From positions 1,599 to 65,598 of the forward strand of contig JAZDEG010000042.1 of assembly GCA_043809085.1 (NCBI GenBank): a DNA stretch of 64,000 nucleotides. Reading direction: 5' to 3'. Shown here piece after piece: positions 25,933 through 36,263 of the stretch; within the stretch, counting starts at the first letter, position 1, and every line of letters starts with the position of its first letter. The position numbers and the translations under genes are program-made. The notes beneath the pieces were generated by a model that was given only the letters and a program-made list of their open reading frames with translations, had not been told where the DNA came from and did no database searches. The stretch comes from Pseudomonadota bacterium. Its GTDB lineage: Bacteria; Desulfobacterota; Desulfobulbia; Desulfobulbales; SURF-16.

Positions 25933-27576
25933 TTACTCCCAGTTATATGAAGCTGAGAGCTGAGGGTTCTCCTGCCATGGAGCTTTCATGTAGCTCCAGA
26001 CCTTGGAATTCACCAACCGGTCGATCTCCTTGTAGAAGTTGATCGCGCCCTGAAAACCTGCATAGGGGCCGCCGGAGTCGTAACTGTGAAGCTGCTTCAT
26101 GGGTATGCCCAGTTTCTGGATGGAATACTTCTCCTTGATACCGGCGCAGAAGATATCCGGTTTCATTATCTCCACCAGCTTTTCCGCCTCGTATTGATTG
26201 AGGTCGTCTATGATCAGGGTGCCTTTGTCCATATCCGGGGCCAGGCCTTGGTACTCTTTGAATTTGAATCCGGCCTTGTCAAGAGCCTTCATCTCCTCAT
26301 CGCTCTTGCGAGGCTTGAAGCGGGTCTCGTCCGCCTCCACTTCGATCTCTTCAATGTTGCGGCTGTCCGCGTCGACCTTGATGTTCGGAAGAACCTGGCG
26401 GCCCTCGTAATCATCCTGATGGGCGAATTCATAGCCGGCCGAGATGGTCTTCATACCGAGCTCGGAAAAAAGATCCTGGTAATGGTGCGCCCGGGAACCG
26501 CCCACGAAAAGCATGGCGGTCTTGCCTTCAGTGCGGGGCTTGATCTCCGTGAGCGCAGTGTCCACCTGAGGCATCTCTTCGGCTATGACCGCTTCCACCT
26601 TGTCGATGAGCTCCTGTTCGCCGAAATACTCGGCAATCTTGCGTAAAGACTTGGCCGTGGACTTGGCGCCGATAAAATTCACCTTGATCCAGGGGATGCC
26701 GTATTTGGTTTCCATCATGTCGGCCACATAGTTGATGGACCGATGACACATGACGGCATTGAGATCCGCCGTATGGGAGGAGGCAAACTGGTCATAGGTG
26801 GAGTTGCCGGAAAAAGTTGAAATACAGGTGATGCCGCATTTCTTGAAGATCCGGTCGATCTCGAAACCGTCGCCGCCGATGTTGTACTCGCCCAGCAGGT
26901 TGATCTTGTATTTGCCCGGTTTTACCTCGTCGTTCTCGCCGACAATATGGCGAAACACCTGATTGTTGGCGATGTGATGGCCGGCTGACTGACTGACACC
27001 CTTGTAGCCCTCGCAGGAAAAGGCGTAGACATTGCAGTCGCCCAGTTTCTTTTTCATATTGGCGGTGACCGTATGGATATCGTCACCGATCAAGCCCACG
27101 GGGCAGGTGGCGAACACGGCAATGGAGATGGGGTGAAAGAGGTCGTATGCCTCCTGGATCGCCTGTTCCAGCTTCTTTTCGCCGCCGAAAATGATGTCCT
27201 GTTCCTGCATGTCCGTGGAAAAACAGTAGGGCATATAATTTTCGCCATCCGGCCCGCCGCCGTCGGTCTGGTTGCGGCGGGTCAGCCATGCATAGAAACT
27301 GCAGCCGATGGGGCCATGCACCAGGTTGACGATATCTCGGGTGGGCCCCATGATAACACCCTTGCAGCCTGCGTATGTGCAGCCGCGCATGGTGATGATG
27401 CCCGGAATGGTGCGCACATTGGCGGTGAGCGCCGGCGTGTCGTTCTGCAGGGCCTCATTGATCATTATCTGTTTGGCGCGTTTGCGGGCCACCTTGGGCG
27501 GGTACTTTTTGATGAGTTCCGCCTTGATGTCGGTGGGTTCCCACTGCACCATTTTTTTCTTAGTTTTTGTTGCCAT
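25933..27576 (-). CDS. nifD: nitrogenase MoFe protein alpha chain
   Basis: AAGGAGA SD lies 7 nt before ATG 27576. P-cluster Cys contexts are RGCTYAGCKGV, HGPIGCSFY and CPVGLIGDDI. FeMo-co ligand contexts are MCHRSINY and GYEFAHQDDY. Confidence 0.92.
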   Translation of the reverse strand: MATKTKKKMVQWEPTDIKAELIKKYPPKVARKRAKQIMINEALQNDTPALTANVRTIPGIITMRGCTYAGCKGVIMGPTRDIVNLVHGPIGCSFYAWLTRRNQTDGGGPDGENYMPYCFSTDMQEQDIIFGGEKKLEQAIQEAYDLFHPISIAVFATCPVGLIGDDIHTVTANMKKKLGDCNVYAFSCEGYKGVSQSAGHHIANNQVFRHIVGENDEVKPGKYKINLLGEYNIGGDGFEIDRIFKKCGITCISTFSGNSTYDQFASSHTADLNAVMCHRSINYVADMMETKYGIPWIKVNFIGAKSTAKSLRKIAEYFGEQELIDKVEAVIAEEMPQVDTALTEIKPRTEGKTAMLFVGGSRAHHYQDLFSELGMKTISAGYEFAHQDDYEGRQVLPNIKVDADSRNIEEIEVEADETRFKPRKSDEEMKALDKAGFKFKEYQGLAPDMDKGTLIIDDLNQYEAEKLVEIMKPDIFCAGIKEKYSIQKLGIPMKQLHSYDSGGPYAGFQGAINFYKEIDRLVNSKVWSYMKAPWQENPQLSASYNWE

Positions 27577-27594
27577 ATTCATTCTCCTTCTTGG

Positions 27595-27969
27595 TTAGGC
27601 GATCGACTTGGCGCCGGTTTCGCCCGTCCGGACGCGAATGGCATCGGCGATCGGCAGGACGAAAATCTTGCCGTCACCGGGCTTGCCGGTCTGGTTGGTG
27701 TCGATGATCGCCTGAACCACGTCATCCACCAGGTCATCTTTCACCACGACCGTTACGATGCGTTTGGCGTACAGTTTGCCTTTTTCCCCGAGCAGGGAAG
27801 CGGCTTCCTCATAGCCCTGCTGGGCGCCTTCGAGAACGGCGGGGTTGACGAAACCTTTGCCGCGTCCATGTGCTTCAAGAGCAAAGAAGGCATCGATGCC
27901 TGCATCGGTCAGGGCCTGTTTCGTCTGGTTCATCATGTTTATTCGCACAACGGCGATTACTTCCTTCAT
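27595..27969 (-). CDS. nifI2: PII-family nitrogenase regulator NifI2
   Basis: The sequence is MKEVIAVVRINMMNQTKQAL..GDGKIFVLPIADAIRVRTGE. Its start forms an ATGA overlap with nifI1. Confidence 0.8.
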   Translation of the reverse strand: MKEVIAVVRINMMNQTKQALTDAGIDAFFALEAHGRGKGFVNPAVLEGAQQGYEEAASLLGEKGKLYAKRIVTVVVKDDLVDDVVQAIIDTNQTGKPGDGKIFVLPIADAIRVRTGETGAKSIA

Positions 27970-28322
27970 GCCGGGACCTCCGCAGGTGGAGCTCCGTTTT
28001 CCTTGATGCCGGAGCTGATGGTGTACGATTCCTCAACATCACTGATAAAGATCTTGCCGTCGCCGAAGGCTCCTTTTTCGCCGGATCTTGCGGTACGCAT
28101 GATGGTGTCGATGACGAAATCCTTTTCTTCCGTCTTGACGACACTCATCAGCATCATTTTGGGAATTTCATCATAGGTGACTTCGCCGATTTTAATACCG
28201 CGCTGCTTGCCACGCCCTGCGACCGAATATTTGGTAACAGCGGGAAACCCCGCGTCCATCAGGGCTGCGAGGATCTTGTCCGCTTTTTCGGGTCTTACAA
28301 TTGCTCTAATCATAGTCAACAT
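27966..28322 (-). CDS. nifI1: PII-family nitrogenase regulator NifI1
   Basis: GGAGAA SD precedes ATG 28322. The sequence is MLTMIRAIVRPEKADKILAAL..GRGKQRG..GDGKIFISDVEESYTI. Confidence 0.8.
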   Translation of the reverse strand: MLTMIRAIVRPEKADKILAALMDAGFPAVTKYSVAGRGKQRGIKIGEVTYDEIPKMMLMSVVKTEEKDFVIDTIMRTARSGEKGAFGDGKIFISDVEESYTISSGIKENGAPPAEVPA

Positions 28323-28409
28323 AATAGTTTCTCCAGGTATATTTGGCAGTCTCATCGAAGCATCGCCATCATGGAGCTCCGTGTGAGATCGTAGTTTTTA
28401 GGGTAAGAG

Positions 28410-29276
<867 letters not shown>

Positions 29277-29383
29277 TCAGCATGAAATGATTTCTGCGGA
29301 AAACGTTTAGGTTCTTTCCGCAGTGAATGATTTTTTTAGCCAGGTTGTTGGTTTTTTCGGATTCTCTGTTGTCTCTCTCTAAT

Positions 29384-29399
29384 GGCAATCAGTGTGCCA
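29384..29399 (-). promoter_or_regulatory. sigma54 -24/-12 promoter of the nifH operon
   Basis: The minus strand reads TGGCAC-ACTGA-TTGCC, with exact GG-N10-GC spacing. It lies about 145 nt upstream of the nifH ATG. Confidence 0.8.
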
Positions 29400-29497
29400 T
29401 GTGATTTGGAAAAGTTTTTTTTCTTTTGTTTTGGGTGGTTATGGGGTGGAAGGTTGTTTTGTTCAACTAGGCAGAGGTTTTGGGAAGGGTGCTTTTT

Positions 29498-29513
29498 TGT
29501 CGGAAAGACGACA
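29498..29513. promoter_or_regulatory. NifA upstream activator sequence (TGT-N10-ACA)
   Basis: TGTCGGAAAGACGACA is palindromic. Its centre is about 105 bp upstream of the -24 element. Confidence 0.7.
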
Positions 29514-29723
29514 AAAAGGAAGAGATGTTTCGTTTTTGTAGCCATGATAAAGGGGGATTTGTCCGGCAGTGTTTATTGCAAAAAAGTATCTTAATTTTGT
29601 TTAATTTTACAAAAATGTCACACGTCGAGTGTTTTGTTCCTGGTTGAGAATGATATAAAATATGTTGTTTTATTCTTTTGTTTCAGTTGGTTGTATAGTT
29701 TAGTTGAGGGAAATGTTTGAGTG

Positions 29724-29739
29724 TGGAATGTATATTGCA
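29724..29739 (+). promoter_or_regulatory. candidate sigma54 -24/-12 promoter for nifA
   Basis: TGGAAT-GTATA-TTGCA has the correct spacing. It lies 147 nt upstream of the nifA ATG. Confidence 0.5.
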
Positions 29740-29885
29740 GGCATCAGTATTGAATAAGAAAAGTTTTCTCGCCAAAAAAGTCGAAACATGCCATGCAGAT
29801 CAGTTGATAAATGGGGTCGCATCAGGCCGAACCGGTATTCGTGGTGTTCAAGCCTTGATGGTTATGCCCTTGATATGGAGTAATA

Positions 29886-31478
29886 ATGATAGCAACAAAT
29901 CCAGCTTCCACTTCTGATAATTCCAGTTTGCTGGCCCTTGAGTTACAGGCTCTTTCCGAGATCTGTCAGCTTATCGGTTCTGCCGTTCACCTTGATACCA
30001 CCCTGGGAAAAATCCTGCGCATTCTGCATGACATTTTGCGTATGGAGCGCGCCACGCTGATGCTGCTTGACGGCAGCGGGACCAAGCTTTCCATTCGTGC
30101 TTCTTACGGCTTGACGGTTGAGGAGGAGAAGCGTGGTGTCTATAATATTGACGAAGGAATCAGCGGTCAGATTTTTCAGACCTCTTCGCCATTTGTGGTG
30201 CCGGATATTCAGAGTGAACCGCTTTTTTTGAACAGGACGCAGTCCCGTTCAAAAATCAGCAAAGACCGGATATCCTTTATCGGTGTTCCCGTCATTCTTG
30301 CAGGGAAAACGGTAGGAGTGCTCAGTGTCGACAGGTTATTCGGCATGGATGTTTCTTTTGAGGAAGATATTCGATTTTTGACCATGCTGGCCACCTTGAT
30401 TGGCCAGTTTCTCAGTCTTCACCGGGCCATTATCCGTAAAGAGGCAGTGTTGGTTGAGGAAAACAAGAGTCTGAAGGCGGAATTGCATGGTCGTTACAAC
30501 CGGCATTACATCATCGGTCAGAGCAAACCCATGCAGGGGCTTTTCTGGAGTATAGAAAAAGTGGCGCCCAGCCGGGCAACCGTGCTTTTGCTCGGCGAGT
30601 CGGGAACCGGCAAGGAACTGGTGGCTCGGGCGATTCATCAGGCCGGCACCCGCAAGGACAAGGTTTTTATCAAGGTAAACTGCGCCGCTCTGCCGGAGAA
30701 CCTGCTGGAAAGCGAACTGCTGGGACACGAGAAAGGAGCATTCACCGGCGCGGTAAATTCAAAGCCTGGGCGTTTCGAGTTGGCCGATGGCGGTACACTT
30801 TTTCTTGACGAAGTTGGCGAGTTGCCCTTGGCGCTGCAGGCCAAACTGCTGCGGGTTCTGCAGGAGAGACAGTTTGAGCGGCTTGGCGGTACCAGGACGT
30901 TAAGTGTGGATGTGCGGCTCATTGCCGCCACCAACGTCCTGCTGGAGGACGCGGTGGCTACAGGGGCATTTCGTAATGACCTCTACTATCGTCTGAATGT
31001 TGTTCCTCTCACCCTGCCGCCGCTGCGGGAAAGAAGAGAGGATATCCCGTTACTGCTCGATCATTTTCTCCGCTCAAGCAACAAGCGCAATGAAAAACAG
31101 GTCAAATTGACCAAGGAATTTCTCGATTTTCTTACCGACTATGATTGGCCGGGAAATGTGCGAGAGTTGCAGAATCTCGTGGAAAGGCTGGTGATTTTAA
31201 ATGACAGTGGCTGGCTGCAGATTGCCGATTTGCCGAATCGCCTCTTTTTGACACCGAAAATTTCTCCGGTCGATATTCAACCGGTGGAAAGAGTGAGTGC
31301 TCTGCGTTCTCCCGGCGTTGGAGGACGGTTGAAGGATATCGAGCGGGCTGAAATCGAGGCGGCGTTGAAGCGCCATGGCTGGGTGCAGGCCAGGGCTGCC
31401 CGTGAACTTGGTCTGACCCAGCGGCAGATGGGTTACCGGATGAAAAAACTCGGGCTGGAAAAACCGGAACTCTGGTAA
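29886..31478 (+). CDS. nifA: sigma54-dependent activator with GAF domain (NifA)
   Basis: The domains are an N-terminal GAF, an AAA+ module ([29 protein letters not shown]) and a C-terminal Fis-type HTH. It is divergent from nifH. Confidence 0.8.
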   Translation: MIATNPASTSDNSSLLALELQALSEICQLIGSAVHLDTTLGKILRILHDILRMERATLMLLDGSGTKLSIRASYGLTVEEEKRGVYNIDEGISGQIFQTSSPFVVPDIQSEPLFLNRTQSRSKISKDRISFIGVPVILAGKTVGVLSVDRLFGMDVSFEEDIRFLTMLATLIGQFLSLHRAIIRKEAVLVEENKSLKAELHGRYNRHYIIGQSKPMQGLFWSIEKVAPSRATVLLLGESGTGKELVARAIHQAGTRKDKVFIKVNCAALPENLLESELLGHEKGAFTGAVNSKPGRFELADGGTLFLDEVGELPLALQAKLLRVLQERQFERLGGTRTLSVDVRLIAATNVLLEDAVATGAFRNDLYYRLNVVPLTLPPLRERREDIPLLLDHFLRSSNKRNEKQVKLTKEFLDFLTDYDWPGNVRELQNLVERLVILNDSGWLQIADLPNRLFLTPKISPVDIQPVERVSALRSPGVGGRLKDIERAEIEAALKRHGWVQARAARELGLTQRQMGYRMKKLGLEKPELW

Positions 31479-31611
31479 TTCATAGCTTTCTTTTCATCAT
31501 AGGGCATGCGGGAGGTTCAGGTGCTTTTCCGGCCTTTCTGCATGCTCTGTTGCGTATTGTTATTTTGGTGCACGTCGTTTCGTGGATAAAGAATAAGATG
31601 TCCGATAGCTT

Positions 31612-32718
31612 TTAAAGAGCAGTGATTGCCAATATCTCCTCATCATTGAGCGGACGTTTTTTGCTTCCGGCATGAAGCCGTACCAGGGAAGTTATTCGCT
31701 CCAGTTCCGTTTCCGCCATATTTACCCCCATGCTGTCAAGCTTATCCATAATGGCCCTTTTCCCGGCCTTTTTCCCAAGCAGTAGGCGGCGATGACCGCC
31801 CACCCGGCTCGGATCGTAGGGTTCATAGGTGGCGGGGTTTCTCGTCAGGCCCTGGAGGTGGAGTCCTGTTTCGCAGGTGAAAATTGATCTTCCCACAACG
31901 GGATGATTGCCGGCGATGGGCAGGTTCGCTGCCTTGGCCACAACACGGCACAAAGAGCGCAGGTGCGCTGTTTTGTATGGTCTGCTGCCTTCTCGCAAGG
32001 CCAGGTAACCGGCAATTTCCTCAAGCCTGCTGTTGCCGGCGCGTTCTCCCAGCCCGAGGACGGTGGCGTCGGCCCAATGGGCTCCGGATTCAAGGGCGGC
32101 AATACCGTTTGCCGTTGCCATGCCGAAATCATTATGGGTATGGACGCCGATTTCCAGAGAGCAGCTTCCAATAATACGGCGGACAAGGGAACTGATCATG
32201 GCCGGGCTGGCAATGCCAACGGTGTCGGCAATCCTTACTCGGTGAGCTCCCGATCGTTCTGCCGTGCGTACCATCTGCAGGAGAAAATCATTATCCGCCC
32301 TGGTGGCATCCTCGAGTCCTACGGAGACAAAGGGAACACCGATTGCTCTGCTCAGTTTCACCGATTTTTCCAGGGTGGCAATCGCCCAGTCGTGATTTCG
32401 GTTCATTTTGTCGAAAATATGCATGTCTGAAGCGGGCATGGAGAGGGAGAGGACATCCGGCTTCAGGGATGCTCCGTGCTTGATATCGTCTTCCGCGCAC
32501 CGGCACCAGAGGGCCAGGCGGCCGGCGGTAATCTCGCGTCGGCAAAGGCGCACCAGTTCCGGCAGTTCCCGGTCATAGGGGGTGGCGATGCCGATTTCTA
32601 TTTCCTCAATTCCCACACGGGCAAGCAGGCGGGCTATTTGTATCTTGGTGCTCAGTCGGAAGGAGACACCGGGTGTCTGTTCGCCTTCCCTCAGTGTGCT
32701 GTCGATAAGTCCTTTCAT
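31612..32718 (-). CDS. nifV: homocitrate synthase
   Basis: MKGLIDSTLREGEQTPGV..HTHNDFGMATAN is the HMGL-like/DRE-TIM signature, in a nif context. ATG 32718 is preferred over GTG 32733. Confidence 0.8.
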   Translation of the reverse strand: MKGLIDSTLREGEQTPGVSFRLSTKIQIARLLARVGIEEIEIGIATPYDRELPELVRLCRREITAGRLALWCRCAEDDIKHGASLKPDVLSLSMPASDMHIFDKMNRNHDWAIATLEKSVKLSRAIGVPFVSVGLEDATRADNDFLLQMVRTAERSGAHRVRIADTVGIASPAMISSLVRRIIGSCSLEIGVHTHNDFGMATANGIAALESGAHWADATVLGLGERAGNSRLEEIAGYLALREGSRPYKTAHLRSLCRVVAKAANLPIAGNHPVVGRSIFTCETGLHLQGLTRNPATYEPYDPSRVGGHRRLLLGKKAGKRAIMDKLDSMGVNMAETELERITSLVRLHAGSKKRPLNDEEILAITAL

Positions 32719-32729
32719 GGGGCACGCTC

Positions 32730-33134
32730 TCACAAGGCAAGGTCCAGTATGATTGCCAGGGCCGAAGTGACGAAAATGAACAGGTAGTTCAGGCTTTCCC
32801 GTGATTTCTGCAACGAGGAGAGCAGGTAAACCAAGGCATCCCTGTCGCCGGCCGACAAAACTTCGCCTTTTTCAACCTTGGTGATCAGGTTGTAGTCGCG
32901 GATGGTTTTTTTTCTTTTTCTGGAAATGCCGTATCGATAAGAAAAGAAAAAAACATAGCCGATAATGCCTACATACCAGACGGTGCGGAACAGTTCGGGT
33001 TGAAACTCCTTGACAGCCATGAGCGCCCTGACGCACAGGGCGGAAGTCAAGCCCAGTGCGAAAAAAAGATTGATGACGACGGGCGGCAAGGTATGCGGTG
33101 CGTGTTTTGTCATGGTTGTCTGGTCGGATTTCAT
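32730..33134 (-). CDS. small 3-TM membrane protein (134 aa)
   Basis: ATG 33134 lies 1 nt after the upstream stop. Its SD GAGGAG lies inside the end of the upstream gene. Hydrophobic segments are VVINLFFALGLTSALCV, VWYVGIIGYVFFF and LFIFVTSALAIILDLAL. Confidence 0.6.
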   Translation of the reverse strand: MKSDQTTMTKHAPHTLPPVVINLFFALGLTSALCVRALMAVKEFQPELFRTVWYVGIIGYVFFFSYRYGISRKRKKTIRDYNLITKVEKGEVLSAGDRDALVYLLSSLQKSRESLNYLFIFVTSALAIILDLAL

Positions 33135-33135
33135 C

Positions 33136-34443
33136 TCAAAACTCCTCAATCTGCCGACGAAACCAGGTAAGCTGGCGTTCCCTGGTTTTTTTCATGTCCA
33201 GATAATAAATGTTCTGCGGGAAAAGCAATTCCGCCACCCCGGTATCAAAAATACGCTTGACCTCATATTCGTCATGGGAAACATCCTTCTGGTAAATGTA
33301 GTTGAGGTAGCTCTCGTAGGTGTGGACGATGAATTCCACCCTCATGCCGCCAAGACGGGCAAAGAACTTGAACATGGCGGTGCTTGAAGAGCTGCCGATG
33401 TTTTTGCCGGCCCGTTTAGCGCCGGTGAGGGAGTCCGAGATGTCTTCCAGGGACATGAAGGAGTTCGCCTGGATGGCGCTGCTCGTCAGGTGCTTCTGGA
33501 AAATCTTGATATCCTGGGAAGTGGCGAGTACGCCCATGAGGCCCAGCTCATCATCAACCGCCACCGCCGGATTTTCTTCCCCCTTGCGCAGCAGTTTGAG
33601 GACCTTGGCTTCCGGAGGTTTTTTGCGGATAGAAACGTAGATGGGGATTTCCCGACCATCGGTTACGAATCGGCGCCTTTTGAGCAGGGTGAGCTTCTGT
33701 CCCGGCGTCAGTGTCAGTTTCTCGGCTTCCTTGTGGCTGATGACCCGCAGTTCCTGACAGAGAAAATTCTCTTTTTCGTGGGTGCTCAGCAGGTAGACGA
33801 TTTCCAGTTCTCCTATTTTGCTTTTTGTGCTCCACACATAGTCATTAAGGAAATCAAGAAAGCGGGCGAATTTGTTTTCAATGCCGGTTTCCCTTTCCCT
33901 CTGGTCGATGGAGCCGGCAAGATTCATGAGAATGAGCTTGCGCTTGGCTTCAAAGCGCGCCTTCAGGTGGTATCGGTCATCAAAGACGATGAGCAGCAGT
34001 TCCGCCGGGCTGCTGGTGGCGTCGATTTCGTTGGTCATCTCGATATGGGAACTGTAATTGGCCAGCACTTTGTTGCGCAGATAGCGGATCACCCCGTCGG
34101 CCGTGCGTGAATAATTGTTAACCCGGGTGATGATTTCCCTTTCCGTCCCTTCGATGCCGAACATGTTTCCCAGAAGGGTGTATGCCCTTTTTTCAATTAC
34201 CTCCCGCCGCTTTTTGTCCCGCAGCAGGAGATTGATTTCATCAAATGACTGGACATCAAGAAATTCGAAAATCTGGTTGCGGATGATGCGGTATTTCGTG
34301 GCTGTTTCTCCCCGCCCAAGCAGTGAAGTCATGGCGCGGGCCTGACGGCAGAATGTTTTTCCCGGCAGGATGCCTGCATGGGCGGCAAATGGACCATTCT
34401 GGTTGAGCAGAAGAAACATGTTGTCCTGGTGGGTGTAGTTCAT
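33136..34443 (-). CDS. uncharacterised 435-aa protein with a divergent RelA/SpoT-like (RSH-fold nucleotidyltransferase) C-terminal region
   Basis: The motif order is SIRKKPPEAKVLKLLRKG, then VDDELGLMGVL, then FKFFARLGGMRVEFIVHT, then SHDEYEVKR. This parallels RSH synthetase RxKxxxSxxxK, DxxGxR, YxSxH and EIQIRT..H..YK, but with substitutions. Confidence 0.45.
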   Translation of the reverse strand: MNYTHQDNMFLLLNQNGPFAAHAGILPGKTFCRQARAMTSLLGRGETATKYRIIRNQIFEFLDVQSFDEINLLLRDKKRREVIEKRAYTLLGNMFGIEGTEREIITRVNNYSRTADGVIRYLRNKVLANYSSHIEMTNEIDATSSPAELLLIVFDDRYHLKARFEAKRKLILMNLAGSIDQRERETGIENKFARFLDFLNDYVWSTKSKIGELEIVYLLSTHEKENFLCQELRVISHKEAEKLTLTPGQKLTLLKRRRFVTDGREIPIYVSIRKKPPEAKVLKLLRKGEENPAVAVDDELGLMGVLATSQDIKIFQKHLTSSAIQANSFMSLEDISDSLTGAKRAGKNIGSSSSTAMFKFFARLGGMRVEFIVHTYESYLNYIYQKDVSHDEYEVKRIFDTGVAELLFPQNIYYLDMKKTRERQLTWFRRQIEEF

Positions 34444-34524
34444 GGGGTTGCTCGACTTTGGCAGACTCCTGAAAACTCAGGTGCTTACCGTGTTTTTGTC
34501 AACAGTGGGATGCTGTTTGAAAAG

Positions 34525-35265
34525 TCAGGAAGATCTTTCTCTATTTCTGACTATAGTAATAAAATTTTCAAAAAAAAGCTCGAATTGATGCTCCATTTCA
34601 TGGTGCCGTCTTACCGTCTCCGCCAGGATCAGCCGAGGATTAATGTTTTTATTCGGCAATGAGCGGAGCCAGGAAGAGTCATTGTGGATCCATGCCGCAA
34701 CGTCTTCCGGATGGGCGGCATGGTTGTCGAACTGAACACCGATGATGTGCGGCCTTTCTTTCAGGGTAAACGCCTCTATCTGGCACTCTTTTGATGTTGC
34801 CAGAATATGAAAATGCCTGGGAACCGGAGGCAGAACTGCGTATCCATGCCATTTGAATAATGGGAAATGGTTGTCAATGGAGGCGAAGACGGGGTGATGG
34901 CGCCCGTCACCCGTCAAGTGCCCTTCGGTAAACCCGATACTGTGGCAGAAGTTGGGGCCGACTCTTGCCCCCAGGGCGTCAGCCAGCAGCTGGTGGCCCA
35001 GGCAGATCCCCAGGCACGGACGGTCGCTCGTCAGCCAGTTGCGGATCGCCTCTTTTTCCGGGCGCAGGAAGGGGTACTTGTCTTCCTGGTCAACATTCGG
35101 GCCTCCGCCAAGGATAATGAGCCCATCGTAAAAGGTTAAATCGGGAACAGGGTCTTGCCAGATCTTGATCACCTTGCAGTCAACCCCGCAGTGGGCTGCC
35201 GCGCTGTGCAGAAATTTGCCCGGCCCCTCCCAGGAAACATGTTGGAATATGGCAAGTTTTGTCAT
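34525..35265 (-). CDS. class I glutamine amidotransferase-like protein
   Basis: YDGLIILGGGPNV and PCLGICLGHQLL give the nucleophile elbow. GVQFDNHAAHPED is an interrupted HPE motif. Confidence 0.7.
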   Translation of the reverse strand: MTKLAIFQHVSWEGPGKFLHSAAAHCGVDCKVIKIWQDPVPDLTFYDGLIILGGGPNVDQEDKYPFLRPEKEAIRNWLTSDRPCLGICLGHQLLADALGARVGPNFCHSIGFTEGHLTGDGRHHPVFASIDNHFPLFKWHGYAVLPPVPRHFHILATSKECQIEAFTLKERPHIIGVQFDNHAAHPEDVAAWIHNDSSWLRSLPNKNINPRLILAETVRRHHEMEHQFELFFENFITIVRNRERSS

Positions 35266-35276
35266 GGCGGTTGGTT

Positions 35277-35321
35277 ATAAAAAAAGGCGCACAGGGCGTG
35301 AAGAGCGGTGCCTTGTGCGCC
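35277..35321 (-). terminator. rho-independent terminator of the glnK-amtB-porin operon
   Basis: The minus strand reads GGCGCACAAGG..CCCTGTGCGCC followed by T9. Confidence 0.8.
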
Positions 35322-35362
35322 GGGAGTTTTAAGAGCGGCGATAGTCGTTGTTTTCCCTGGGA

Positions 35363-36184
35363 CTAGAAAGACATGCTCAGGGTCACACCGCCGTAAATGT
35401 AGTCGCTGTCTTTGCCATTGGCGCTGCCCGACTCAATCACATCTTCCGCATCGCTTGTCAGTGGGAAGGAGTAATAGAGCTCCGGTGTTATGGAGAAATA
35501 TTCTCCCATCGGGAAAGTCATGGATGCGGACAAAACACCGTCATGAAATCCACTGTACGCGTCGGAAGGATCATCGGGGTCAGCAATGGTTGATTCATCG
35601 TCAATATCGTAGTAGCCGACTTTGGCGCCTAGATCCAAGCTTAGTTCCTCGTTGATGGGGAATGAGTGGGAGATGCCGGCGGAGATATACCAGCCTGGCA
35701 TGGCATCGTAATCCCGGTAAATGGTCAGCGAGGGAGCCAGTAGGGTTTTTAGTGTGACGCTGGCATATATTTCCTGTGTGTCCGGCAGCCCGTCAACAGA
35801 ATAGTAGATATAGCCCACCCCGTAATCGGCAAAGGAGCAGGAGGCGTCATAGGAGATGGTCATGTCGGTTTCGTTCCAGCTCATTGAGTTTGCGTCTGGG
35901 CCTGTTGATCCGTCATCCTCTAGGGTGAGAAATTCATGTTCGTCGGTGTCCAAGTTGCCCCACAGGTTGAAGCCAAATCCCTTGTAGCCAATGGTCATTG
36001 AGGGTTGCAGGATGATGCTGTCCTTGCTCAACTCGTAACCACGCCACACATATTTGCTGAGAGCTGATACGCTGAGGTCTGCTGTTGGTTTTTCTTCTTC
36101 CGCACAGGCGGAGGATGCGAAGAAGCCGGTAGTTGCAATGCTGATGAGGGCAATGGCGGCCATGGTTGACATTCTCTTTCTCAT
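35363..36184 (-). CDS. TorF-family outer-membrane beta-barrel porin (Gcw_chp type)
   Basis: AAGGAGA SD precedes ATG 36184. It has a signal peptide. The sequence is SVSALSKYVWRGYELSKDSIILQPSMTIGYKGFGFNLWGNLD, with a C-terminal F. Confidence 0.7.
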   Translation of the reverse strand: MRKRMSTMAAIALISIATTGFFASSACAEEEKPTADLSVSALSKYVWRGYELSKDSIILQPSMTIGYKGFGFNLWGNLDTDEHEFLTLEDDGSTGPDANSMSWNETDMTISYDASCSFADYGVGYIYYSVDGLPDTQEIYASVTLKTLLAPSLTIYRDYDAMPGWYISAGISHSFPINEELSLDLGAKVGYYDIDDESTIADPDDPSDAYSGFHDGVLSASMTFPMGEYFSITPELYYSFPLTSDAEDVIESGSANGKDSDYIYGGVTLSMSF

Positions 36185-36263
36185 TTCTTTTCTCCTTGGA
36201 AAAATGATGAAGTGTTCCGCCCCGGACAATTGTCCGGGACTCTGGTCTCTGTAGTTGTAAAGG

